Origin: Podospora anserina | Taxonomy: Eukaryota | Length of the DNA stretch: 63,106 nt | Assembly: GCA_017654855.1 (NCBI GenBank) | Contig: CM030337.1 | Coordinates: 4,278,001 to 4,341,106, forward strand | Reading direction: 5' to 3' | Shown here: positions 1-13,600 of the stretch, piece by piece | How the letters are laid out: each line of letters begins with the position of its first letter | How positions within the stretch are numbered: the first letter of the stretch is position 1 | Program-made: the position numbers and the translations under genes | The notes under the pieces: generated by a model | What the model was told of the DNA's origin: nothing | Database searches by the model: none | What the model saw: only the letters and a program-made list of their open reading frames with translations

Positions 1-61
1 GGATGGCGGTGACAGTGGCCACAAAGAAAGCGGCAGCAGTGGTGAGGAGTTGGAACTTCAT
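1..61 (-). CDS. 5' end of a secreted protein gene (signal peptide only; continues beyond the window edge)
   Basis: Minus strand from ATG at 61 reads MKFQLLTTAAAFFVATVTAI, a typical signal peptide. Good start context (ATCAACATG) and a TATAAA on the minus strand near 201-206. Confidence 0.75.
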   Translation of the reverse strand, partial: MKFQLLTTAAAFFVATVTAI

Positions 62-1134
62 GTTGATGGTTGGAAGTCTGAGAGTAAGGTAGCTGACTGT
101 TGCTGAAGGGTTTTCAACGGATGAGCAAGCTAGATGGTGCTTTGAAAGCTGTTGATGATGAGGGTGATTATGGAGAATAGACACGGATGAAGTGGCCCCC
201 TTTATACAGTTTTCTGGCTCTTTCATGAACCTATTTGGTCTTTGCTGCTGCTCTCATCCCCACCACCACCCAAAAAATCCCAAGTCTCACCTTCGCACCA
301 GGATAATCTTGGAGTTGCTGACCCGACTCTGGGCAACTTCATTAAGCTTCGGTCTCTCAGCTTGGCAATCATCAGGGTCGACTAGGTTATGCAACAAGCA
401 GTCTCTCTATCTCCAAGTACATGCGGCGCAGAACAAGGCTCTGCCCCTGAAATCATGCGGCAGATAGATAATCGGGAACGTGAGCCTTGTCAGACAGGCT
501 GTGGTCTACATCTTTCTTGGTGAGGTGGGACAAAGGTTGAGCCGTGCCAAGGTAAGCGTTGCGAGTATAGAGATGGAGGGTTACATTAGGCGTGCGGCGT
601 TGGGCGCAGTCGTTGGCCCGCCCCTGAAATAAGTCCAGCTGAACTGCAGAAGAAGAGTGTTTGGATGAGCTTGTTTGTGCCACCCCCCGCACTTTGATCT
701 GGCCAAGCACGGTGAGATTTACCTAGATGATCTGCAACAAGTGTATTCCACACGGGTGGTCTGTGGGAGCTCAAGGGAGAAGAAATATGGTGAGCATGAT
801 GTATCGAGAGAGCAAACTATTTACCAAAATGAAAACAAACAGAAAAAACAATATGCCCTCACAACCTGACCCACTGGGAGCAACCGGTCCTCCCACATCT
901 TATCGCCGACAATGACAAGTGATGCTGTTGACGACCTCCAACGGGCAGGCACCGTGCATTGTTCACGATCCAATCAAGGCGGCCGACGTCAGCGTCGGAC
1001 GGACATTGTGGGGACGGCGTTGAACCGGGCATTGTGGATGAATCAAGCACAGCATTATCTCCGGTTCTTCGAAGGAACTGCTCTGCCATTTCTTCTTTTC
1101 GACAGAATCACATTGATATCGGTCACAGTCATAG

Positions 1135-2517
1135 ATGGGTCAGCTTTCTGTCTCTTGCCCCACCGATGGGCAACCACATCGGGCGGCGGTCGTCGGCGCT
1201 GGAATAGCAGGCTTGTGCGCCGCCATCGCCCTCCGTCGTGCAGGATGGCATGTCGCCGTGTACGAGAAGAGCAGCTTCAAAAACGAAATTGGTGCGGCCA
1301 TCACGATAACTCCCAACGCGACCTTGGTTCTGGAACGGTTTGGATTCGACTTTTTAGAACTCGGCGGCGTTCGCAATGAGATGCTCCTGCGCTACGAGGC
1401 GAAGAACTTGTCCCTGCTTCAAAAGGAATACTATGGCCCGGACTCAGGCGCAGAATGGAGTCGCTTTTGGTCAGTTCACAGGGTGGACTTGCACAGCGGG
1501 CTCAGAGGGCTAGCGACCCAGACGCAAGACAACACACCAGGGCCACCAGCAGATATCCGATTGGGCCAAGATGTTACGGGAATCGATTGCGAGGCCGGCA
1601 CAGTCAAACTCAAAGACGGGAGACTGGAGCAGTATGACTTGGTAATAATAGCAGATGGGGCTCATGTAAGTCTGGACTCTTTCACCACGCCCAGGAAGGG
1701 AAACTGATCAGCATAGAGCCGCTTAATTGAGGATTTTACCGGGAATCCGTCCACGGTTCACCGTACAGGCCGGTCTATTTACAGATGGCTGGTATCCATG
1801 GACGAGGTCAATGCAGATCCTGTACTCCAAAACCTCTACACAGACCCGCAGGGAAGTCGGAAAAGCGGCTTCGTGGCTTGGGTTGATCAAGAAACCAGGA
1901 TACTTTGGGTCAGCTACAAGTGTAGGGGCGGCAAGGTGCTGAACAATGCCGTGGTTCATGACACGCAAACCGGTGAAGGAGAAGAGGATCTTTGGCAGTC
2001 TCCCGTATCACGAGAACAAATCCTCAAGGTTCTTTGCAACTTTCACCCGTCAGTTCTAAACATGGTCTCCATGACGGCCGAGGATGGCATCAAAGCCCAC
2101 CACCTCTACAAACGGCTTCCACTCCAAAGCTTTGTTCGTGGAAAGACGTTGGTGATGGGAGATGCAGCACATGTCATGATGCCCATTCATGCGGCCGGAG
2201 CAAGTGTGGCTATCGAGACAGCGGCCACGTTGGAAACACTTTTTGACCTTTCCGGGAGCACATGGACAATGGAAAGCCGGTTGGAGATGTTTGACAAGCT
2301 CCGAGTGCCCCGATGTAACCTCGCCATGCTTTCTTCCAACGCTGGCCCGGAATGGCTCCACGTTCCGGGTGTGGAGGACGAGATTCGAAAGTACTACTCT
2401 GGTCCTCTGCCGCCTGCTGGTGCCATGCCTTATAGCAGTGCGTTCAGGGACGTCTTGTTCAAACACGACGAATACCGAGCCGCAAGAGAGTGCATGGACA
2501 AGACAGCCAAGAACTAG
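1135..2517 (+). CDS. FAD-dependent monooxygenase (salicylate hydroxylase-like, FAD_binding_3)
   Basis: GAGIAG Rossmann motif; the DG motif (ADGAH-SRLI) is joined across a GT-AG intron at 1666-1716; GDAAH motif in exon 2. Confidence 0.92.
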
Positions 2518-3570
2518 GTGGACGAGATGGGAAAGAGACGGAAGACCAGCAGAGACGGATAAACTGCTGCAGGCAAGGAGCTGTGCAGTAGAACAGATGC
2601 AAATGACACGAGTTTTGATTGCGCCAGCTCTCTCGGGGTATGTCACCCCATTTGCGTGGTCTTGGATGCCAATACCCCCTCAAACTCTTATCAGATGAGG
2701 AAGTTGTGGGTAAATCAGACATCCCCCCCCCCACGTTTTTGTCCTCAAGGTATCCAGGAAATGAGTGAGTGGCGGGTATGTACCTGTGGTCGGGTTGGGC
2801 AACGAGCTCGCTCTCGGTGATTCGGTGAATGTGGTGGGAGGTGACAACAAGGTGATTTTCCTTCTCAGGCTATGAGGCAACCCTCATTCATCACACCTTG
2901 AGTACGACGTTCCAATGACACCCCAAGGGATTCTAGAAGAATTCCCCCCCCACATTGTCAATCCCTATTCGGGCTGCATCCAAGCGAGACTGTCTTGTGC
3001 TATCACCAGCTGCACACCTCGACAGTGCCGAGAGAAAATGCTGTACCGCTGGCTATATGAAGTGTAAATGTAGCGGAGCTTCTTCGGGTTACCGCCAAGG
3101 CGGATTCAACCTTTTATACAGACTCTGGCCCACGAAATGACGGCACGACGCCCGCCGTTCCTGCATGAGCCCAGCACAGCGTCCTCGGTAAAATCGGCAG
3201 CCTGTCATTTAGCCTCTATCTGGAATCTCACTTGCTTATAACACTGCAAATGCTCCGGATAGTGCCTCACTGTGACGCCCAAGACGTGTAAATTAAGAAA
3301 AGAACAGCTTCTGAGCGGGTTCCTGATCTAACAGCCGGCAGCCGAGATGCCTTCTCCAAAAAACAAAGACCGTGAGGTCCCTAACCAGGGCCTGTGGGGT
3401 GAAGGGTCAAGAAGTGGGGCATGAGGGGGTCGTGGATGAGAGATGAAGCCGAGTGGAAATTGATTATTTACATGAGCTCCCCCATCCCTTGGTCGGGAGT
3501 TGCCAACTTGATCCTGCTCCTCGTACCGCCCATCTAGACCGACGACAGTGAGCGTGAAACGACAGCAAAG

Positions 3571-4617
3571 ATGAAGTCCATGTGCATTGGACTGGCAGCA
3601 GCTGCCTTGTCGTGGACAGGCGTGCTGGCCAGCGAGAGCAACAACGCCATTCCCAACGAAGCCCTCCTCGCTCGTCGCCCTCGTGTGCTCCAGAGCCGCC
3701 ACCGAAACGGCACCACTGACTACGCCCAGCTTGGTCTTCGTCAGGAAGGTGGCAGATGCGGAGCGGGAGTTGGACGCTGCCCCGATGGGCAGTGCTGCTC
3801 CGACTATGGCTTCTGCGGTTTGACCGTTGACCACTGCCATCCTCTGTTTGACTGTCAAGCCCAGTATGGTGTCTGCGGATGGCCTCCCCCGGTGCCTGCC
3901 ACCACATCGACTCCTCCTCCCCCCCCAACGACCACGTCAACCCCCCCACCCCCTCCCACCACCACTTCCACCACTTCCACCACTTCCACCGCTGCTCCCC
4001 CGCCTCCTCCTACCACTACAAGCAGTGTGGTTGTAATCCCCCCGAGCAGCACCTCATCGACTCCCTCTGTTCCCCAGCCTACTGGTCCCCTGGTTGTGAC
4101 CACCAATGGCCAGTGCGGAAACGGCACCATGTGCATTGGAAACCCCAACTACGGCCCTTGCTGCTCGCAGTATTTCTGGTGCGGTTCCTCAATTGACTTC
4201 TGCGGTGCCGGCTGTCAGTCCAACTTTGGTGCTTGTCTCGGCATCCCTGGTCTGCCCGGAACTCCCATCAACGGCACGACCACAAGCACCTCGCCCGTTG
4301 TCCCGCCCACGACCATATCCACCCCGGTTGTTGTGCCTCCCACCACAACCTCCTCCACCACCACCAGCAGCACCACCACCACGAGCTCGACTTCCACCAG
4401 GACCACCTCCACCACTTCTGTCGCGCCCACTCCTACCCTGGTCCTCCCACCCGGTCAGAGATCTTCTACCGACGGACGCTGTGGCAGCGGTCAGAACTGC
4501 TTGGGTTCCACCTTCGGAAGATGCTGCTCGCAGTTTGGCTGGTGCGGCGATGGCGATCAGTACTGCCCGTATATTGTCGGGTGCCAGCCCGAGTTTGGCT
4601 ACTGCGATCCCAACTAA
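3571..4617 (+). CDS. Secreted chitin-binding protein with three CBM18/hevein domains and Pro/Thr/Ser linkers, no catalytic domain
   Basis: Signal peptide; three CG...C...CCS.(Y/F)(G/F)(F/W)CG...C...CQ..(Y/F)G.C modules separated by PT-rich tracts; intronless 348-aa ORF. Confidence 0.92.
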   Translation: MKSMCIGLAAAALSWTGVLASESNNAIPNEALLARRPRVLQSRHRNGTTDYAQLGLRQEGGRCGAGVGRCPDGQCCSDYGFCGLTVDHCHPLFDCQAQYGVCGWPPPVPATTSTPPPPPTTTSTPPPPPTTTSTTSTTSTAAPPPPPTTTSSVVVIPPSSTSSTPSVPQPTGPLVVTTNGQCGNGTMCIGNPNYGPCCSQYFWCGSSIDFCGAGCQSNFGACLGIPGLPGTPINGTTTSTSPVVPPTTISTPVVVPPTTTSSTTTSSTTTTSSTSTRTTSTTSVAPTPTLVLPPGQRSSTDGRCGSGQNCLGSTFGRCCSQFGWCGDGDQYCPYIVGCQPEFGYCDPN

Positions 4618-5424
4618 GCTGCAGTTCCCTTGTTTACTGTAGAATTACGCGTTGTAGACAGCGATTGGGTCTGTCGTTCGTGCGGAGAGAGAAGACTTGA
4701 AGGTTTAATGGCTGGAAGATTACAGCAAATATCAAGTTTATGTTCAGATTGAGTCCCTATTTTGTTCCAACATGTGTTATGCTCCACCGATTGTCAAAAA
4801 GCGACCGCACCTATATGAAGTGTGCCGATGATGTCAGTTGGGGTAAGCAATAATGAAAAAAGGGGGGTACTCCATGGACGGTGGGCCGAGTGTGGATGGG
4901 TGGGGAGGCAAAAATGATGGAACATGATTTCGTCCAGGCTCGAACTGGAGACCTTCAGTGTGTTAGACTGACGTGATAACCAACTACACCACGAAACCAT
5001 CTGATTTGTGACGGTCACCACCTGAAATAGGCCTTGTGTAGGAATAGCAACGTGACAATAACGAACATCACACATGGTCTACAAGCAATAACTGCCCAGC
5101 AATCAAACCGAACAGGATACAAATGGCATCTATATGTATACTTAGATATCAGCCCATCCAGCAGTCATGGGGTGCATCGGCAGATGGTTGCAGCGGGTGC
5201 ATCATGCTCGGCTGGATCTGGTGCGCCATTGGCCAGCCAACACCTCAGCCCCTATTCATCTGCTGACACTTTCCAATACAATGCCGGCACCGCCCGTGTA
5301 AAACAAGCCTATAAGAACAACACGCCGCCAGAGCCAGCGCAAAAATATCTTGACAATTTTTTCTACCGTCCAAATACAACTGCATCAACTTTCCCCATCA
5401 ACATCATCTGCATTACCATTAACC

Positions 5425-6234
5425 ATGAACCACAACATCACCGACGTTGCCCCTTACCAACCGCTACTTCCACGTCCGCACTCCCCAATTTCATATCCGA
5501 AGAAGAAGAAATCGGGGATATTTCCTGATCTCACCAAGAATATCAACTTGGGCGAAGACATTGACCTCGTCGTTGGCCTCACAGCCACAGCGCTCACAGC
5601 CGACCAAGTCCTCAAGCTCAAAGACAGCAAAAAGCACAAGGCCATGCATTTAGCAAAGGCCAGCCTGAGTGCCGCCGCCGCCGCTACCGCGTTTACCATG
5701 ATGAAAAGAGAGCATAATGAAAGAGTCGGACGGGAGAGGACACGTCAGCGTCCTGAGAGTGAGTCCAGGTCAACGCCTAGCACAACAAAAGGCGAGAAGC
5801 ACGAGTGCCACAGTAGGAGCACCTCACAATCTAGCTCACGTCCGAGGTCATTCGAGAGAACGAGGAGAAGAAGCAGAAGCCGAGACCGGGAGCTGCCCTA
5901 CCCTGACTTGGAAGCACAAAAGCCAGAAGATCACAAGGTGCGATGGGCTCTAGTTCCCTCGCCACCATTTCAGGAGGAACATCAAGAGCAGCGTGCAGAG
6001 AGCCCCGAAGACTACAGCTACGCGAGCTCGCGTCTGGCGCCACCGCCAGACGAACGATACCACCACAGAGGCAGGGCTCGGACAACGTCACCAGTCCGCA
6101 GGCAAGACGATGACCGGTGGCCCGATAACCATCAGCACCATCACCGAAGAAGGAAGTCAGAAGGACAGTCAAGATGGCACACTTTCTTTGACCTGCTTGG
6201 TCAAGAGTTATTACACAGGCAGCAGAAAGCTTGA
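5425..6234 (+). CDS. Hypothetical protein with an Ala-rich helical segment and an Arg/Ser-rich low-complexity C-terminus
   Basis: Long ORF with ATG at 5425 in a good context (AACCATG) and a TATAA near 5310; composition is typical of fungal low-complexity proteins. Confidence 0.65.
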   Translation: MNHNITDVAPYQPLLPRPHSPISYPKKKKSGIFPDLTKNINLGEDIDLVVGLTATALTADQVLKLKDSKKHKAMHLAKASLSAAAAATAFTMMKREHNERVGRERTRQRPESESRSTPSTTKGEKHECHSRSTSQSSSRPRSFERTRRRSRSRDRELPYPDLEAQKPEDHKVRWALVPSPPFQEEHQEQRAESPEDYSYASSRLAPPPDERYHHRGRARTTSPVRRQDDDRWPDNHQHHHRRRKSEGQSRWHTFFDLLGQELLHRQQKA

Positions 6235-6355
6235 GACGGCTCTTGGATATATAGACAGCACTTTTCCTTTGGATACAAACTGAGACAATCAAACAATCGT
6301 ATATGTAACCCAATATACTACTCCTAAACTCCAATCATGCCGCATAAAGCACCCA

Positions 6356-7548
6356 CTACAAATCCTCTTTGCTCAAAAGATCCCAACTCAACCCCTCGTC
6401 AGTAACCTCGATCAGCCCAGGTGCCGCAATCGTAGCCTCCACCACCTCGCCATATGTCGTAAAGTTGTCTTTTGAAGTAAGAGCAGCAATCGTCAACCCG
6501 ACAAGTATATTCTCCTCAAAAGGAAACTCAGCCTCAAACCTCAGCTGTGTGTTGTTCTCGCCAAACCACTCGACATCTTCAACAGGCACACTGATGGGCA
6601 ACAGCTGTCCGCTAAAGTAGGTAACAAACAGATCCGGACCAGTCTCATTGATGAACTGCTCTGCCTCGGAGGAGCCGGTCAAATTGGCAACAAAAGACAA
6701 GCGCTGATCACGGGACTCAATGGTTTGGCCTCCTGTCACATGGGCGACCTCAAGAGGCGGGAAGATTGGGATTTCAATCTCGCTGATGTTGAAGGGGCAA
6801 GAGACGACGAATTGTTGAAGCGCGCTCCAGGCAAAGGCGCCGACGTTGGTGGTCAAGAAGGGTTTCTGCGATGGCTTTTGATTAAGAAGCAGACGGTAGA
6901 AGCCAGACTGCTGCCCTTCTTGGCCGATGATGGAGGCGACTTCACGAATAGGACCCAAGTCCCCGTTGACGGCTAGCCCCTCGGCCGCATCCTGAAGTGT
7001 TCCGAGAACGACATCGGTGAAGGTGGCGGCGAGAGCGATGGACGAGTTGATGTCGGTGGCACCGGGGAAGACGTACTCGCAGGGCTCGGGGATCAGAGAG
7101 GCGTTGAAGTGCTTGAGAACGTTGGAGGCATCTATGGCGTGCAGTTGTTCTTGCTATTGCATAGGTAAGATAGTTAGCATCTGTGTAGGTCTGTGGTAGG
7201 GAAATGAACACTTACAGCCAAGACGGTCGCCAGGATTTCGAGTATCTCCACTTTCTTCTCTGTTGAAAGTGTGAAGCCGGGCTCGTCCGTGGTGATGTTC
7301 TCAATGAGGGACGAAAAGAAGGCGACTTCAAAATTCTCATTGAAGCTAATCAGCTGGAAAATAGGAATGCTGCTTTCGTTCAGGGAGGGCGGGGGCGGTG
7401 CATCTGACAGTGTGCCATCTGCTACGTCTTCGATGAATTCAAGCTGAGTTGCATTCGGGTTAGGAAACCCGTCGGCGGTATCGCGGCGAACAACTTTCCC
7501 TGTTGCCAGGGCTATGGCTACGAAAAGGAGGACTAGTTGGGAAAGCAT
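6356..7548 (-). CDS. Secreted ferritin-like domain protein (late sexual development LsdA / Rds1-like)
   Basis: Signal peptide; FQLISFNENFEVAFF, LAQEQLHA (joined across intron 7154-7215) and SIIGQEGQQSGFYR motifs. Confidence 0.8.
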
Positions 7549-8353
7549 GATAGCTGGAATAGACGGAAACTGTTCAGGAGAGACTCTTTAGAAAATAACC
7601 CAGATTGCCAATTTTTGGCGTGTTTTATTCATCTTGGCTTGGCCGGATGCCTGTCATTTATAGCAATCGCTTTTCCTTTGGGCGTGAAACTGGGTTTTCT
7701 ATTGTTAGATTTCGCTAAAATGCTCTCAATCTGATCAGGACAAGACTGAATAGTTAGCTTGAGCGTAGGGCACAGACATGTCTACCCAAAACTTATACTT
7801 TGTACTGATGATGTCACATCTTCTCGAACAACGAAATTGCGGTTCAAACACAGCCCGCAATCCAGATTCTCGAGGCCGGATGCGGAACAATGTTCTCATA
7901 CCATCCGTTCCGACCCGGTCGGCCCGAATAAGCTACTGAATATTGGGGAATCGGACAAAGGAGCTCTGCTATTTTTACCAGCGTTGGAACGGGCAAGAAT
8001 ACCTACCTAGGTGCCTAGCTTGGGCCCAAAGCCTCGGCTCCCTCCTTTCAATGTGGTTCTCAATCACCAACCTCAGCAGAAAGTCACCTCTGGGAAGTTT
8101 CAAGTTAGAAAGTTGTGTGAACTTGTCGTTCAATGTGTTTGAGAGAATCTATAGCAGGGAGATAAACCAGACCACAAGCACCCCTTCAGACAACGGACCG
8201 GTGCAAAGTTCCTTCTCTATGATGGTGTACAGATAAGTCATACATGTGAAAAAACTACAACAAGCGAAACGAACGGAGGGGAGAATGAAAGTTTCCGTCA
8301 GGCCTGTGTGACCGTAGGAGTTCGGTTGTACGTTGCGAACAGCCGAGGTGTAC

Positions 8354-9007
8354 TCAGTACCACACTGGGGCAGCGGTCCAGTGCTGCAACATCCAGTTGA
8401 TGGCATAAGTCCACTCTTGAGAAAAGTAGGCTGCCAGCTCCTGTATCTGTTGATCGTCTGGCACGACACCGCCCCACATTTCAGGCCTGGCTGCTTCGAT
8501 TTCAGCATAGGTGGCCACCAGATTCCTGCCATTCTTTGTTAGTCCTTGATCACCAAATAATCTGACAAGGAACGTACTCCTCTGTGATCTTTTCTAGTAC
8601 CATCCAGGCGAAGTTCCAGCTCCTGTTGGATTGCGGGTCGTTTCGGACCAGGCCCTGGGCGTACGTCAACATTTCCCCGGAAAAGGCGTAGTTGGGGGTG
8701 AGCCCCCGGAGCTCGGAAAGCATCTGATTTGATTCGACGTAGTAGATCCAAGCCGAGGTCATGGGTTCCTGGAAAGCTAGTTGATCCTCCTCTGTCTCGG
8801 CATTCGCTACCAAGCGTTCCACACGACAGAGCTCAGTCAAGGTGTTGATGCGGTGGGTAAGGAGAGACTCGATGATCTGGCGCGCTGACTGCTGCAGGGC
8901 TGTTAGTTTATTTGAGCACGAGCGAGAAGGTATGTCAATCATACTGAGCCGGATCCACTCGAGCTTCCAGACTTGTGTCCAGTTCGACGTGAGCGCGAAG
9001 ATGACAT
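8354..9007 (-). CDS. Fungal hypothetical protein (3 exons)
   Basis: Exons 9007-8945, 8891-8578 and 8525-8354 are joined by canonical GT-AG introns with CTAAC branch points. This gives one frame ending ...WMLQHWTAAPVWY*. Confidence 0.75.
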
Positions 9008-11469
9008 GGTGGGTTCTGGTGTGAACGAGAGCAGTTTAAGTCAGTGTGTGTGTAAGTGACTGAACTGATGGTAGTGAGATGTACAGCGACTGATGATGGA
9101 GCTGGGCGAGCTTGATGTAGATATAAGTCTGATGGTCTGGAATCTTGAAGATGCGTAGGTCTTGGATTCAAACTTGAGAAAGTGACTGCCTGGTCCAAAA
9201 AGTGGATAGGTAACGGCACCATACTGACGGTACTTTTCACCCCTCCACACTCTCCCAGTCTACCGGGTCAGGGACAGCCCTAGGCTAACCTGAATGGCAC
9301 CCAATCTAGTGTACTCGAGGAAGAGACAAGACATGCCATCCAATCATGTTTGCAGACAGGACGACAGATAATGTTGGGCTCTTACCGGGTGGACTCACCA
9401 GATCAGTATAAAGATGACCGGGTGGTGGGCAGAGTCAGACGGGCGAAGCTTGAAAAGACGCCCCAAACAAAAGGCAAGAATGGGTTCGGTGGCCATGGTA
9501 CGCTATGTGCCGGAGTGACCATGGACCAACGGATAGTGCGGCTCGGGGAGTTATCTGCCAGACGAGAAGCAAGGGTTGTATTAGTGTGGGAATAGGTAAC
9601 CATTTCCAACCATGACGATGGTGGGTCAGTACCTACCGAGTGCATCTTCTGGGCACAAGAGATAGTTCTCATGTGCTGGATCTCTTGGTTTTGTTCGCTC
9701 TTGGAGAGGAACATGCCCGAGCCCTCTGTCTGCAAAGCCAGTGAACTGTTGGTTACAACCCCTCACTCACGGAGCGTTGGGTGATGAACTTTCTGGGAAC
9801 AATATCACCACTGGTCAAGCCTGTTGCTATCTTAGGTGCACAGAATCAAGGCTCAGGATCAGGCATGCCATGGCTTGCAGTGGTTGACTGGCAAGGCACC
9901 GTATAATGCCGAATTTGTGGGTTTGAATAATCAAGACGCACCATGAGGCATCATGTCGTCATGAGATGAAGGGTGGAATGGATGAGTGGGCCAGGCATAG
10001 ATTTGTCCTGAGCTCATTTCGAGTATTGACCGTGTACTCTCTTTCCTGACATCTTGAGTTGTTGCCTGAGAAAATACATGGGTCTCTGAGGCCTTGATTC
10101 CACCCTCATGATTGCAGTCAGATTTTAGCGCATTATAGTGGCACAGCGAAACAATCCGCGATGCACCACGGATATTTCCTGTATGTTGGAGGTGGGATCC
10201 AAACAAGAACGAGCCTCGTAGTCAGAGTCGGGCGCGAGTTGTAAGCAGTCAAGCCATGAGTGAGGAGCCGCGTTTATGTTCCGGGAGAATGGACAGGAGG
10301 GTGCGGTGCATTTGAACCAATGGAGGTGGCATCGCTGAGCTAAGAGGGATGCCTGTCTTGGTGTTTTGCATGTAGGGATGATGAATGACGATGCCACTCT
10401 AGAGTATGAGTCTGGACAAGACCGCTCCGATGTCACCGACTGCTTGCCGAGTTGCTGATTGGTGGCTGTTGTGAGTGCAGTCCGGGCTTCCACGTGGAAC
10501 TCAGCTGGTCTCGCTCCAAGTGTGCCTGCCAGGAACCAACGGCGATCTGTTTCAGGCGATCGGTCCCCGGCCCCCGCGGTAGGGCTGAGACGAATGGGAG
10601 CAGGGATGACAAGAGATGATGGTCATCTCGTAATCTGGATGCCTGAGGAAGCCCAAATCGGGTTGTGGAATCAGCGCGCCCATCCGGAGACGCAGCAAGA
10701 CATCTGTCAAGTTGCTGGCCATCCATACCTGCCTGTGCATTAATGGTGATGAGATAGAGGACACGAGGTGACTGATGAGGGCGGGTAAAGACGCTTGTGG
10801 CATCACTTCTTGCGTGGGGAAGACCCCTGTCTGGCTGAATGGCTGTAGACCCTCCAACGTGCAGTAGCGGCGCATTCCAACTCCCAAGCAGTCACCTTCA
10901 TTGGTCTCCTTACGTGGAGATACTTTTGCCAACCATAGCCGGTATACAGAGCAGACGGTAAATGTGTTTCGACCAAAGAATGCTCTGTAGAGTCATGAAT
11001 GCCTTGACAATGTTGAGCGCGTAGCCCAACAACTGCGGTGAGGCAAATCTACACTCAGCAACATGCGTCGGCCCAAGTCACGACCAGTCCCCATAGGGGT
11101 ATCGTCAAGAGCGAAGTTTTTAACGTCCATACCGGGTTGGGAAGGTGACTGCCAAGGCGGAACTGATGATAGACACACTTCTGTCTTCTATTTGCGTTTT
11201 GGAATCCTTTCCAAAGCAGTTTGTAAGCTCTTCACTTGTTGGGGGGTACATGTAAGCGAAGACGACCCAGTTTCAACGTCGACTTGTGATATCCTTCTCT
11301 TTGATGTTGAAAACAGAGTAACCTAAAGTCATCATTGTAACAGGTGCCTTCTATCCCGACACAGAGCCTCTCTGTAATGGCCCCCAACATGACAGACAAC
11401 AGCTCCCCACCCCCATCGCCTTGTTTCGCACCAGGTAGACAGAGTCTCACCTTGTAGTCATCCTTTGTG

Positions 11470-13600
11470 TCACCTGCCAACAGCCCTTTCCTCGTCAATA
11501 TCCTCATCGTCCTGTCCATCTGCACCCTCACCACCTTGCTCTTCCTCACCTTCGTACTCGGCACTCTCTAATCCATAGCCTTTGATCACCCAGCTCCAGA
11601 TCCACCCGCCAAGAGTAACACCGGCGAAAAGACCCCATGCGAGCGCCTCTCCCTTGGGCCTGAAACGCATGCTCAAAGTAAACAGGCCCCCAGACAAGAA
11701 TGGCCCCACACTCCTCCCGGCGGCTGACAGCGTTTGAGCAATCCCGTTCAAAGTTCCCAACGTCTCATGGGACGGAGCCGAGTTTGTGATCTGGACACGT
11801 GATCTGGGTCAGCACATATCAGAGGTGGGGGTAACATGATGAACTCACCAGAAGCATGACACTACTCAACCCCCCGACAGCGCAGATATTCTTGATGATT
11901 AGAATGACTCCCAGCTCGCTATAAAGCCAGCCCTTGCCGCTGCCGATGCCCAGGTGAGGCGTTGAATCCAAGTACCCAATCCAGGGCATAAGACTCATAG
12001 CAACCGCCATTCCAAGTAGAGAAAACCGGTATGTTCCCAGGTTCCCCATCCTCGCCTTGAGCCTTTCAAACACAAGAGCCTGGAAGACAATGGTGGCCAG
12101 GCCTGCAAGGGACAGGGACAGGCCGATGATGCCCGGTCCAAGCTCGCGTCCGGTGGGGGGAGGAGCAGAGACAAAGATTGGGTACAGAGAGTTGAAAGAG
12201 ATGTTGGCAAGTTGAAAGACAAGATAGGTTCCCAAGACGGCCATGGTATTTCGGTTGGCCAATTGTCGGAAGGCAGACTTCTTTTGCGACGGAGTAAGGC
12301 TGTTCGCATCCTCGTCATCTTCATCAGCTGCCTTGGTATTCGCCGAACTGAGAAGTGCCTGCTGTTCTTGGCTATCTTGCTGGTGGTCAGAACTGACGGA
12401 TTCCGACCTGTGTTTTCCAGCTTGTTGTTTTCTCCACGGCCGCTGGACAATGCTTTTCAGCCACCCCATCCAACCACGCGGGCCTCGTGCAGATGTCCCA
12501 TCATGTTCTCCTTCCAAGGTTTCCTTGAACCATATTCCTAGCACAATGACACTGACGACCAAAAAAGCCGCCACCACAAGATTTGGGGTCAAGTAGGGGT
12601 ATTTTGCCCCGTCAATCCCAGCATCCGTCTCCACCAACAGACCACCCAGGGCAGGCCCTGTAATGCTTCCAAGCGAATAGATGACGGGAAGCCACGTAAA
12701 TGCTCTGCTCTGGTTCGTCCTGTCAGTGACTTCGCCCAGACACGTAGGGACTACTGCCGCATTCCCGTTGAGCAATCCCATAGCGACGTGTACTATGATC
12801 AAGTGCGCATAGGTGGTGCACATGCCAAAGAAGCAGAAGCAGCCAGCCAACAAAGATGTCCCGATCAGCATGACAGGCTTGCGTCCAATCCTATCAGAAA
12901 GCCACCCCCACAGCAGATTGGTCGCCAGCTGTGCCATGGCAAAAGCCGATGCGAGCAAGCCCACGTACATGCCTTCCTGGCCGGAGGGGATCTCGGGAAA
13001 CGAGGCCACCATGGCTGGGAGGTAAGGACCAATGGAATTGAGGGCTGTCTGCTCTGCCAGTGACAGGAGCGCGAGCAGAGCCAGTTGTCTCCACGGTAGC
13101 GGCGTTGAATTCGGACTCGTATCAGGTCTCGTGTGGTGGTGGCTGTTGTCTGACCCCTCGCCCCTTCGCGATGGCGATGCGCTGAAGCCTCGTTCGTCGG
13201 CTTGTGAAAAGTAGTGGCTGTTGTCCTCTCCATTTTCTTCTCGCGATGGCGAATGTCTGAGCAGTGACCGGAGCCATGAGTTCTTTCTCAGCCGCGTCTG
13301 CTGAGGCTGGTTGGAGGGCGTCGCGGGGGGTTCGGTCGGAAATGTGTGGTATTTGGCGGTCGACTGTCGCTGGACCGGAGGAGGACGGCCGGCGACAGAA
13401 CTCTTTCTTCGTCGGCGGCGGCTGCTTGATGGAGATTCGCGATAGGGAGAGAGATCGGGAAATGGCTCACCGGCGTGAAACGATCCAGAATGGCGATAGC
13501 GTTTGACGGAGGGTCGTGGGATGCTCGACTGCGACTGCGGGTGCGACTGCGAGGCTGTCGCGGTGGTCGCGCTGGCAGCAACGGCGCCCGTGTGTACCAT
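11470..13600 (-). CDS. MFS transporter (DHA1/ZIFL-like, about 12 TM) with a long disordered N-terminus
   Basis: WGWLSDRIGRKP motif A, GLLNGN and GPALGG motifs; intron 11791-11848; final exon ...GTLNGIAQTLSAAGRSVGP. Confidence 0.92.

Noticed and set aside
9100-11400. Short ORFs in the long intergenic region
   Set aside because: No recognisable homology or exon structure.
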